Position numbers and translations under genes: made by a program. From positions 1-19,864 of the forward strand of contig CALBUD010000017.1 in NCBI GenBank assembly GCA_937968065.1: a stretch of 19,864 nt of DNA. The letters run 5' to 3'. Shown piece by piece: positions 7,533 to 15,318 of the stretch (positions within the stretch are counted from its first letter, which is position 1; each line of letters opens with the position of its first letter). The notes beneath the pieces are model-generated. The model was given only the letters and a program-made list of their open reading frames with translations. It did no database searches and was not told where the DNA came from. Source of the stretch: Candidatus Iainarchaeum sp. Lineage in GTDB: Archaea; Iainarchaeota; Iainarchaeia; Iainarchaeales; CSSED10-239.

Positions 7533-7736
7533 ATGGAAAAATTAACAAAATATGAAGTAACTAGAATATTATCTGCAAGAGCAGAACAAATTGCTTGTGG
7601 AGCGCCTCCACTTGTAAGAGCAAATAAAGAAGACACAGCATATTCTTTAGCTGAAAAAGAATTTAACAAAAAAACAATTCCTTTAGCAGTTATAAGAGTT
7701 ACAAATAATAATAAACAAATAATAAGCGTGAATTAA
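7533..7736 (+). CDS. rpoK: DNA-directed RNA polymerase subunit K (Rpo6)
   Basis: MEKLTKYEVTRILSARAEQIACGAPPLV matches the conserved Rpo6/RpoK core (LTKYE-R-I-GARA-QI--GAPP). The size is 67 aa. Confidence 0.9.
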   Translation: MEKLTKYEVTRILSARAEQIACGAPPLVRANKEDTAYSLAEKEFNKKTIPLAVIRVTNNNKQIISVN

Positions 7737-7738
7737 AT

Positions 7739-8008
7739 ATGGGAAAGGCAGTATCTAATAATATAAAAGCAAAAGCAAAAATAATAATGAATGAGTTTAA
7801 AGAAAAACTTGGAACTGATTTTGAAAAAAATAAATTGTTCTTAAAAGGAATGAATCTTCCATTATCTAAATTAACTATAAATTTAATGGCAGGATATATA
7901 ACAAGAACAATCAAAATAGAATTAAAAGAAAAAGAAATACTTGATAAAAAAATAGAACAATCAAAAACACCAATGAAAAAAGTAAAAGATACACAAATAC
8001 ATGGTTGA
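7739..8008 (+). CDS. rps17e: 30S ribosomal protein eS17 (S17e)
   Basis: The N-terminus starts with MGK. The pattern IKAKAKIIMNEFKEKLGTDFEKNK...LSKLTINLMAGYITR matches eS17 (KR-A--L-EKY---L--DFE-NK...SK--RN-IAGY-T). It starts 2 nt after rpoK. Confidence 0.8.
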   Translation: MGKAVSNNIKAKAKIIMNEFKEKLGTDFEKNKLFLKGMNLPLSKLTINLMAGYITRTIKIELKEKEILDKKIEQSKTPMKKVKDTQIHG

Positions 8009-8032
8009 TTTTTTTATTTTTTCTTTTTTTTT
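8009..8032 (+). terminator. Oligo-T tract immediately after rps17e (archaeal intrinsic terminator-like)
   Basis: TTTTTTTATTTTTTCTTTTTTTTT begins right after the TGA at 8006-8008 and runs into the pelota stop codon. Archaeal RNAP terminates at oligo-T runs. Confidence 0.5.
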
Positions 8033-9059
8033 AGTTTATTTTATATCTTAAAACACTTATGATTCCACCAAAAGAATTAAGTGTTTGATTAACCTCATCA
8101 TGAGATTCATCAACAACATGTATTTTTGTTTTATATTTTTCAGCAGACTTTATAATGTTTTGAACTTTATCAATTTCTTTAAACCAAAGATTATAAGAAA
8201 TTAAAACAAATTCACAAGCACCTGTTTTTAAAATATTATCTACATCTTTTAAACCATAAACAGATATTGAATTGTTTTTACCTAGATTTTCTTTAAATCT
8301 ATCAATCATATCTTTTTCTTTATAAATAATTGAGTTTTCAAAAAATCTTAAAATCTCTTTTTTAGATAAAAGTTCATTTATTGAAGATTTAGAAGTGTTT
8401 GAAAGATTTATAACTAAAGAAGGAACTTTATATTTTTCTAAAATATGTTTTGAAAAATGATTTTTTGTAAAACCAGGACCAGCAATAATTAATTGATCTT
8501 TAGATTTAGATATTACAGAATAAATTTCTTCAAAAAAATTAGTAAAATCAAAAAATTGATTATATCTTTTACCGTGTTTTCCAGATTTAAAGGAAGCTAC
8601 ATTTTTAGTTTCAATTCCAGATAATAAATAAATTTCACAAGATTCATCATCTAAAACAACTACATTTATTTTATTTTCTAAAGCTGAAGAGCTTTTTAAA
8701 AGATCTATCTGATGTTGAAAAATATCTTTTTTAACTAAAGTATATTTATTTGATAGTTTTATTTCTAAAGTATGATGTTCTCCTAAGGGTGCTAATTCTT
8801 CAGGTTTTGAAGAAATAATTTTTCCAGTAAATCTTAATGAATTTATTGTTGAAGAATATTCTTTTTTATCAATTTTAACTTCAACAAAAACAGGTTTTCT
8901 TTCACTTTCTTTAGTATCTTCGTTTTTTAAGCGTCTATAAGAATTTCCTTTTATAGAGTCTCCTTTATCTGAAATACTTTTTATTATCCATAAATCTTCA
9001 AGAGTTTGACAAACAAATGAAATTTCTTTAGATTTAAAATCAATTTTTATAACATTCAT
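8031..9059 (-). CDS. pelA: Pelota (Dom34 homologue), mRNA surveillance and ribosome rescue factor
   Basis: The N-terminal Pelota pattern is ISFVCQTLEDLWIIKSISDKGDSIKGNSYRRLK. The length is about 340 aa. The central and C-terminal eRF1-like regions include LIIAGPGFTKNHFSKHI and SVYGLKDVDNILKTGACEFVLIS. Confidence 0.85.
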   Translation of the reverse strand: MNVIKIDFKSKEISFVCQTLEDLWIIKSISDKGDSIKGNSYRRLKNEDTKESERKPVFVEVKIDKKEYSSTINSLRFTGKIISSKPEELAPLGEHHTLEIKLSNKYTLVKKDIFQHQIDLLKSSSALENKINVVVLDDESCEIYLLSGIETKNVASFKSGKHGKRYNQFFDFTNFFEEIYSVISKSKDQLIIAGPGFTKNHFSKHILEKYKVPSLVINLSNTSKSSINELLSKKEILRFFENSIIYKEKDMIDRFKENLGKNNSISVYGLKDVDNILKTGACEFVLISYNLWFKEIDKVQNIIKSAEKYKTKIHVVDESHDEVNQTLNSFGGIISVLRYKIN

Positions 9060-9065
9060 AAATAA

Positions 9066-10583
9066 TCATTTTTTTAAAAGAGATGGAAACATCTCTTTTG
9101 GTTTTTTAATATCTAAAATATCTAAGATAGTTGGAGCAATATTTGCAAGAGATGGATTTTTTATATTTTTTAAATTATATTTTTTAGAAACTAAAATAAA
9201 AGGAACTTTGTTTAAGCTATGAGAGGTGCTAATTGTTTTGTCTGGAAAAATCATTTGATCACAATTACCATGATCTGCTGTAATTATAACAGTGGTATTT
9301 TTATCAATATTTTTTAAAATATCTGAAATACATTTATCCATAGCTTCTATACCTTTTATAGTTGCAGAAATATTTCCAGTGTGTCCAACCATATCTCCAT
9401 TTGCAAAATTAACAACTGTTAATTTATAATCTTTTTTTAATTTTGGAATAATTTTTTTAGTAAGTTCAATTACAGACATTTCTGGTTTTTCATCATAAGT
9501 TTTTATTTTTGGAGAAGGAACTAAAATTCTATCTTCGTTTTTATTTGGAAATTCTTGTCCTTGATTAAAAAAATAAGTTACATGAGCGTATTTTTCTGAT
9601 TCTGCAGCTCTTAATTGTTTATATCCTTTTTTTGAAATTATTTGACCTAATCCGTCAATTGTTTTTAATGGATTAAAAATAACTTTTGTTTTTTTAAGAA
9701 GAGAATCATATTGAGTTAAAGTATAAAAGTTAATATTTATTTTTTTAGTTTTAAAAAATTTAAATTTAGGATCTGTAAAAATTCTAGTGAATGTTCTTGC
9801 ACGATCACTTCTAAAATTATAATAAATAACTGTATCGTTATTTTTTATAGTTCCCTCTTTTATAAATAAAGTTGGTTCTAAATATTCATCAGTAATTCTT
9901 TTTTTATAACTTTTTTTAATAAATACACCCTTACTATCTTCTATATTTCCTTTTCCTTTAACTAAAAGATCATATACTTTTTCAAGTCTATCCCATTTAT
10001 TATCTCTATCCATACCATAATATCTTCCTGAAATGCTTGCAATATCTACTGTTTCTTGTAAATTTTTATAAAAAATATATTCTTTTAATTGAGTTAAATA
10101 TTTAATTATACTTTTTGGAGGTACATCTCTACCATCTGAGAAAACATGAATATATACTTTTTTAATTTTTTTTATCTTAACAACATCTAAAATACCAAAT
10201 AAATGTTTTATATGAGAGTGAATACCACCGTCACTTAAAAGACCTATTAAATGAAGAGAATTATTCTTTTTAACTTTTGATAAAGCTTGTAAAAGCATTT
10301 TATTTTTATAAAAAGATTTATCTTTTATAGATTTGTTAATTCTCACTAAATCTGAATTAATATGTTTTCCTGCACCTATAGTTAAATGACCAACTTCAGA
10401 CCCACCTAATTGATTTTTATCAAGACCTACAAAATTTTCACTTGCACCTAATTCTGTATAAGGATATTTTTTTATTAAAGAATCTAATGTTTTTGTTTTT
10501 GCAATAGAGATTGCATTTCCAGAGTAATCTTCATTAACACCAACACCATCTAAAATTAATAATAAAACTTTTTCTTCATTCAT
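9066..10583 (-). CDS. gpmI: 2,3-bisphosphoglycerate-independent phosphoglycerate mutase, long bacterial-type GpmI form
   Basis: LLILDGVGV, the catalytic-Ser motif GGSEVGHLTIGAG, HLIGLLSDGGIHSH, FANGDMVGHTG and ITADHGNCDQM appear in the order typical of about 510-aa iPGM. The 4-nt ATGA overlap joins its start to the priL stop. Confidence 0.9.
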   Translation of the reverse strand: MNEEKVLLLILDGVGVNEDYSGNAISIAKTKTLDSLIKKYPYTELGASENFVGLDKNQLGGSEVGHLTIGAGKHINSDLVRINKSIKDKSFYKNKMLLQALSKVKKNNSLHLIGLLSDGGIHSHIKHLFGILDVVKIKKIKKVYIHVFSDGRDVPPKSIIKYLTQLKEYIFYKNLQETVDIASISGRYYGMDRDNKWDRLEKVYDLLVKGKGNIEDSKGVFIKKSYKKRITDEYLEPTLFIKEGTIKNNDTVIYYNFRSDRARTFTRIFTDPKFKFFKTKKININFYTLTQYDSLLKKTKVIFNPLKTIDGLGQIISKKGYKQLRAAESEKYAHVTYFFNQGQEFPNKNEDRILVPSPKIKTYDEKPEMSVIELTKKIIPKLKKDYKLTVVNFANGDMVGHTGNISATIKGIEAMDKCISDILKNIDKNTTVIITADHGNCDQMIFPDKTISTSHSLNKVPFILVSKKYNLKNIKNPSLANIAPTILDILDIKKPKEMFPSLLKK

Positions 10584-11560
10584 TTATCTTCACCTTTTTT
10601 ATTAAATTTAAATAATTGAAAAGGATGTTTTGTTTTACAATCATTTACACATAAACCGTTACTTTTTAAAGTGTCGCAGTTAGGCACAGAATATTCTTTT
10701 TCAATAATTTTTTGTATGTGATAACTTGCAATTTTTTCATCATAGTTAGGAGAATTTTTAAAAAGATATAAAATTTCATCATGATTATATCCTATATTAA
10801 ATAAAAAAACTGCTATATTAAAATTTTCTATATGAGTTAATTTTTCTCCACCAACTAATTTAGTATACATTTTTAAAAAACAAGGAGGAAAAGTGTTTAT
10901 TTCTGGTTTATTAATTTTTTTAATTTCAAATATATTATCAGTAACTACTTTTTTTTTTATATACTCCCCATATTCTAAAAATATTTTAGGAAATTCTTTT
11001 TTTTCAAGATCAATATTTTTTAAAATTCTTTTTTTAATAAGAACAGATAATAATAAAATTAATTCTGATTTTGAGAAATATATATTTCCTTCTTCTAAAT
11101 TAGCATATTGTAATTTAAAATTTTCAGATAAATTAAAAGACAAATATTCAACTAATGATAAATAATATTTATTTTTTTCTTGTTTTATTTTAGGACAAAT
11201 ATCTTTTAAAATTTCTTCAAATTCCTCTTCATTTGAAGAAGAAACGTAAAACAAAAATTGTTTTTGATAATATTCTCCAAATTTTTGATAAAGAGGATTA
11301 TAATCAACAACATTTAATAATATTCTAGATACTGGATATAAGGTTACAAATAATTTTGCAATTCTTTCGTCATCATTTCTTATATACTCTCGCCATTGAC
11401 TTTCATTCTCTTGAATTTTTTGAGAAATTGTTTTTAAAAGAAATAAAGTTGATTTTTTTATTATCTCTTCATTTACAGATAACAAATCAATATTTGTTTT
11501 TTCAATATATTCTTTTGCTTTATTTGAAAAAGGATATTTGATAATATAATTATGTGACAT
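10580..11560 (-). CDS. priL: DNA primase large (regulatory) subunit PriL
   Basis: FPPCFLKMYTKLVGGEKLTHIENFNIAVFLFNIGYNHDEILYLFKNSPNYDEKIASYHIQKI matches the PriL PPC...G--L-H--RF-L--FL core. It is followed by the Cys-rich Fe-S segment SVPNCDTLKSNGLCVNDCKTKHP. Confidence 0.85.
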   Translation of the reverse strand: MSHNYIIKYPFSNKAKEYIEKTNIDLLSVNEEIIKKSTLFLLKTISQKIQENESQWREYIRNDDERIAKLFVTLYPVSRILLNVVDYNPLYQKFGEYYQKQFLFYVSSSNEEEFEEILKDICPKIKQEKNKYYLSLVEYLSFNLSENFKLQYANLEEGNIYFSKSELILLLSVLIKKRILKNIDLEKKEFPKIFLEYGEYIKKKVVTDNIFEIKKINKPEINTFPPCFLKMYTKLVGGEKLTHIENFNIAVFLFNIGYNHDEILYLFKNSPNYDEKIASYHIQKIIEKEYSVPNCDTLKSNGLCVNDCKTKHPFQLFKFNKKGEDK

Positions 11561-11604
11561 AAATATATATTAGATGAAAAGAAATAAAAACCGTTGTTAG
11601 AAAT

Positions 11605-12459
11605 CTAAACAAAATAACTTGCTTCTATTAAAGCACCAATAAGTAAACAAATTAATGCAAATAAAAATAAATATAAAAAATCTTTAGTAGCATGCCATTT
11701 AAAAGGTGTTGAAAAAATACCTTTAAAAAGATCTCTTGCAAAAATTGCGCCTGCAAGACCTGCTGCAAAATAAGCTAAGACTTCAAAAAGACCATGAGGA
11801 ATAAAACCAATAAAACTTAAAAGTCCATGTTTTGCTCCATGTAAAGTTGCTTGAAAACCAGTACCAACAACAATTGACGAGATATAATTAACAATTACAG
11901 TTGAAAGTAAAGATGCATTCCAAACAATTAAGAACTGCCCTCCTGCACCATAAAAAAAAGAAAGAATAATGGCAGCAAAAACAACAAACAAATTATTTTT
12001 AAAAATGATTCCAAAAACTTCTCTAAATTTAACATTACTAACATCATCTAAAACCAGATTTCCTGTAATGTTGCTTCTTAAAGAATCAATTTTTTCAATT
12101 TCTTCTAATTGAGCTGAAAATATTTGATTAGAAGTATTTTCTCCTAATACAAAACTTGCACACACAAAAGTAAATAATATACCTACAAAGAAAAACAATA
12201 ATAAAGAAATTATTTTTTTATGTCTTACAAAAAAAGGTTTTGAATAATTAGAGATATAAGAATCATAAGAATAAAGCTTATTAAACAAAGGAAGAGCACC
12301 TATGGTTAAAAAAGCTAATAACGCTATACTTGAAAATTTACCCGGAAATAATTTAATTGCAAAAAATATAGATAATATAGTTAAAATTATTGCTTCAAAA
12401 AACATAAGGTAAGGTTTATATCTTAATTTGAAACTATTTGTAATTAATTCAAGAACCAT
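11605..12459 (-). CDS. SpoIIM-like (stage II sporulation protein M family) polytopic membrane protein
   Basis: There are about 6 hydrophobic helices. The motif GFIPHGLFEVLAYFAAGLAGAIF resembles the conserved PHG-FE-PA segment of the SpoIIM family. Confidence 0.6.
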   Translation of the reverse strand: MVLELITNSFKLRYKPYLMFFEAIILTILSIFFAIKLFPGKFSSIALLAFLTIGALPLFNKLYSYDSYISNYSKPFFVRHKKIISLLLFFFVGILFTFVCASFVLGENTSNQIFSAQLEEIEKIDSLRSNITGNLVLDDVSNVKFREVFGIIFKNNLFVVFAAIILSFFYGAGGQFLIVWNASLLSTVIVNYISSIVVGTGFQATLHGAKHGLLSFIGFIPHGLFEVLAYFAAGLAGAIFARDLFKGIFSTPFKWHATKDFLYLFLFALICLLIGALIEASYFV

Positions 12460-12540
12460 AGTAAAATAGATAAGGAAACAATATAAAAATATTTCTAATT
12501 ATATAATATATAATTAAACTTATTTTTAATTTAAAAAAAC

Positions 12541-12969
12541 GTGATTATTTTGGATTCTAACAAAGATATTTTAAAAATTATTGAAAAAATACCTAAAAAA
12601 AAAGGTTTAGATAAAGATGATGTAATTATAGGTGTTGTTGTTCAAACAACTGATAAAATAGCTATAATTAACATCGAAAATAAAAAACAAAATGTGCTTA
12701 CTCCCTCTGCAACAGGAATTTTATTTATAAATAATGTTTCAAAAGACTATATTGAAAAAATGGGAGATGTTGTAAGAATTGGAGATATTATAAAAGCAAA
12801 GGTTATTGAAAAAGATAAATTTGGTTTTAAACTTACAATTGATGAAAATAATTTAGGAGTTATTAAATCAAACTGTTTTAAATGTAAGACAGAACTTGTT
12901 TTAAACCAAAAAGAAATTAAATGTTTGAAATGTAAAACTATAAATCATAAAAAAATAGGAAAAATGTGA
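12541..12969 (+). CDS. csl4: Exosome complex RNA-binding subunit Csl4 (S1 domain plus C-terminal zinc ribbon) with a short N-terminal region
   Basis: The S1-like core is DDVIIGVVVQTTDKIAIINI...GDVVRIGDIIKAKVIEKDKFGFKLTIDENNLGVIKS. It is followed by CFKCKTELVLNQKEIKCLKCKT (CxxC-N13-CxxC). The start is GTG, and there is no in-frame ATG before residue 74. Adjacency to rpoL is a conserved archaeal arrangement. Confidence 0.8.
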   Translation: MIILDSNKDILKIIEKIPKKKGLDKDDVIIGVVVQTTDKIAIINIENKKQNVLTPSATGILFINNVSKDYIEKMGDVVRIGDIIKAKVIEKDKFGFKLTIDENNLGVIKSNCFKCKTELVLNQKEIKCLKCKTINHKKIGKM

Positions 12970-12976
12970 AATAAAC

Positions 12977-13258
12977 ATGGAAATGGAATTTATTAAAAAA
13001 GAAAAAAACGAAATTGAATTAAAAATTATAAATGAAGATAGTTCTTTTTTTTATCTTTTAGAAAATATTGCAAGTTCTAAAAGAGATGTTGAGTTTGTGG
13101 CAATTAAAAAAGGAGATCATTTATCAAACGAATTTTATTTTTATTTAAAGACAAAAGATAAAAGTGCAAAAGATATTTTACTTGAATGTATTTCTGAAGC
13201 TGAAGAAACTGTATTTTCAGTTATAAATGGACTTGAAAAAGTAACTCAAGACATTTAA
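12977..13258 (+). CDS. rpoL: DNA-directed RNA polymerase subunit L (Rpo11)
   Basis: KKEKNEIELKIINEDSSFFYLLENIASSKRDVEFVAIKKGDHLSNEFYFYLKTKDKSAKDILLECI follows the RpoL pattern (E-E--GEDHT--N-L---L----V-FA-Y---HPL------I-T). The size is 93 aa and it sits next to csl4. Confidence 0.8.
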   Translation: MEMEFIKKEKNEIELKIINEDSSFFYLLENIASSKRDVEFVAIKKGDHLSNEFYFYLKTKDKSAKDILLECISEAEETVFSVINGLEKVTQDI

Positions 13259-13268
13259 GGTAAAAAAT

Positions 13269-13976
13269 ATGAAACTTAAAAAAAAAATTAAATATTTAGA
13301 TCCGTATACTTATATGGATCTTTTTCTTGAAAAAGTTTTTGGAAAACCAAAAAAAACAGAAATAAAAATTATTTACTGGATTGTTTATCTATTATATTCT
13401 TTGCTTTTAGCTTTTATTATCTACAAAGGCTTAGGACTTATTTTAGGAACACCACTTCCACTTGCAACAGTTGTTTCAGGATCCATGGAACCTTCTTTTT
13501 ACAGAGGAGATATAATAATTGTAAGTTCTGCAAAAAACATAAGTTCAGAAATAATAACTATTGATGAAAATATAAGAAACAAAAATATTACAGATTTTTT
13601 AGAAATTAAATCTCAAAAAAACGAATATGGAAAAGAAGAAGCAAAATATATAATCATTAATGAAAAAGAGATAGATATTAGTAACGCTATTGAAAATAAA
13701 AATTCAATTGTTATTTATAAATCAAATATTACAGGAAAAGATATTATTCATAGAATTGTTTTAACTATTGAAGCAAATGACGGAATTTTTGTTTTAACAA
13801 AAGGAGATAATAAAGAAACTAATTATGTTATTGATCAAGAATGTGTAATTTCTGGAAATTATGTTTTAAATGGTTGTCTTCATGTTTACTCTATACCAAA
13901 AGAAGATTTGCTTGGCAAAAAAATAGGAAAAATTCCTTATATAGGATATCTTAAACTTTTTTTATTTAAAGGTTAA
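13269..13976 (+). CDS. Signal peptidase I, archaeal/ER Sec11 type (S26B), with a large insertion
   Basis: An N-terminal TM anchor is followed by the catalytic-Ser box VVSGSMEPSFYRGDIIIV, the His box DIIHRIV and TKGDNKETN. About 55 extra residues sit between the Ser box and the IVIYK strand. Confidence 0.85.
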   Translation: MKLKKKIKYLDPYTYMDLFLEKVFGKPKKTEIKIIYWIVYLLYSLLLAFIIYKGLGLILGTPLPLATVVSGSMEPSFYRGDIIIVSSAKNISSEIITIDENIRNKNITDFLEIKSQKNEYGKEEAKYIIINEKEIDISNAIENKNSIVIYKSNITGKDIIHRIVLTIEANDGIFVLTKGDNKETNYVIDQECVISGNYVLNGCLHVYSIPKEDLLGKKIGKIPYIGYLKLFLFKG

Positions 13977-15187
13977 TTATTAAATTCATTTAAAATAAGA
14001 TCTTTTACACTTTTTGAATCAATTCCTAATTTTATTAAAGTTGTGTTTCCTTTAACCCCTTTTCCTGATTGTGTGGTTGATATAAATCCATAAGTTTCAA
14101 GTTCATTTATATATTCTCTAAACCATCTCATAGAAACAGGTTTTTCTCCATATTTTCTTGTTAAAGTAAGATAAGAATCATATATCTCTCCAGAATAGAG
14201 TACGTTTTCTTCTAAAGAACCATCAATCTTTAAAATTCCTTTAGGTGTATCTGATTTTTCAGTAATTGCAAGTAAAACTAATTGTAATTGAACAGGTAAA
14301 GTTAAAACCATGCTTTTTATTATTTCTTGTTCAACTTTATCTTTTGCTTTTAAAACTTCTTTATCTGTAACTTCATTTAATTTATTTAAATCACTAATCT
14401 CTCCTGCTTTTAATAATAACATCAAAGCGGTTCTTGCATCTCCAGATTCTTTTGCAGCCATTGCAGCAGCTGCATTTATTGCAGATTCTTTAACTGTATT
14501 CTCATTAAATGCAACTTCAACTCTTTGTTTTAAAATTTCTTTTAATTCTTCTGCATTATATGGAGGATATACCGCCTCTTGTTCACATAATGAACTTTTT
14601 GTTCTTGGATCTAATCTTGACATAAAAAATAAGTTATTAGAAATTCCTACCATAGAAACACTTGAGCCAATTCCTAACTCATCATTGCTTCTTGAAAGCG
14701 TATATATAAGATCATCAATCTCTCTATCTTTTATTTTATCTATTTCATCTAGAACAATTATAAAGTTTAAATTTTTTTCTTTTATGTAAGTTAAAAACTT
14801 ATCATATATAAAAGATTTTGAATAACCTACAAAATTTTTATCTGGATAAAATAATTGTACACAATAGAAAAGAACAGCATGTTTTGTTTGATAATTTCTA
14901 CAATTAAGATAAGTTGTGGTAAGAGATAGTTTGTTTTCTTTTGAAATATTATCTAACTGATTTATAACGTGTCGTACAGCAGATGTTTTTCCAGTACCCA
15001 CCTTTCCATATATAAAAATGTTATGAGGCTTTTCTTTTTTTAAAATAGGAGAAAGCCATAAAGATAATTCTTTTATTTGTTCATCTCTAAAGGGAAGTTT
15101 TTCTGGTACGTAATGAGGAGATATTTTGTTTTTATTTATAAATACAGAATTTTTATTTATATATTCGTAAAAAATATTATCACTCAT
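13973..15187 (-). CDS. cdc6: Orc1/Cdc6 replication initiator
   Basis: LPFRDEQIKELSLWL, Walker A YGKVGTGKTSAV, Walker B FIIVLDEIDK, sensor-region GISNN, GDARTALMLLLKAGE, and a C-terminal winged-helix-like region (YGEKPVSMRWFREYINELETYGFIS). Confidence 0.95.
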   Translation of the reverse strand: MSDNIFYEYINKNSVFINKNKISPHYVPEKLPFRDEQIKELSLWLSPILKKEKPHNIFIYGKVGTGKTSAVRHVINQLDNISKENKLSLTTTYLNCRNYQTKHAVLFYCVQLFYPDKNFVGYSKSFIYDKFLTYIKEKNLNFIIVLDEIDKIKDREIDDLIYTLSRSNDELGIGSSVSMVGISNNLFFMSRLDPRTKSSLCEQEAVYPPYNAEELKEILKQRVEVAFNENTVKESAINAAAAMAAKESGDARTALMLLLKAGEISDLNKLNEVTDKEVLKAKDKVEQEIIKSMVLTLPVQLQLVLLAITEKSDTPKGILKIDGSLEENVLYSGEIYDSYLTLTRKYGEKPVSMRWFREYINELETYGFISTTQSGKGVKGNTTLIKLGIDSKSVKDLILNEFNN

Positions 15188-15228
15188 AATATATAACTTA
15201 TATTTAATTGGTTTTTTATAATTATTGT

Positions 15229-15247
15229 TTTAGAATATATTTCTAAA
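15229..15247. repeat. Inverted repeat TTTAGAA-TATAT-TTCTAAA flanked by direct ATTGTTT copies, in the orc1/cdc6 upstream spacer
   Basis: I read it directly. Arms are 15229-15235 and 15241-15247. ATTGTTT occurs at 15224-15230 and 15253-15259, with a variant ATTTGTT at 15264-15270. Confidence 0.45.
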
Positions 15248-15284
15248 GCACAATTGTTTATAAATTTGTTGATGTATATTTAAT

Positions 15285-15293
15285 AATATATAA
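15285..15293 (+). promoter_or_regulatory. TATA-box-like element for the 15319 gene
   Basis: AATATATAA lies 26-34 nt upstream of ATG 15319, which fits a leaderless or short-leader archaeal transcript. The same 9-mer also occurs at 15188-15196, abutting the orc1 start. Confidence 0.35.
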
Positions 15294-15318
15294 AAAGATT
15301 AATTACTATTGAAAAACT

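Noticed and set aside
7699-7914. 71-aa minus-strand ORF across the rpoK/rps17e junction
   Set aside because: It is antisense to two recognisable conserved genes.
10893-11541. Two plus-strand ORFs (90 aa and 61 aa) inside priL
   Set aside because: They are antisense to priL, with Phe/Leu/Ser-rich shadow composition.
14310-14789. 159-aa plus-strand ORF inside orc1/cdc6
   Set aside because: It is long, but it is antisense to an unambiguous Orc1/Cdc6 gene with Walker A/B motifs. Its Ser/Leu/Phe/Ala-rich sequence has no motif. Openness of an antisense frame is expected at this codon bias.
15188-15318. Calling this spacer a bona fide replication origin feature
   Set aside because: It is only 131 nt long. 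It has no G-string or classical ORB sequence and no extended duplex-unwinding region separate from the promoters. I kept it as a hypothesis in the findings, not as an annotated origin.
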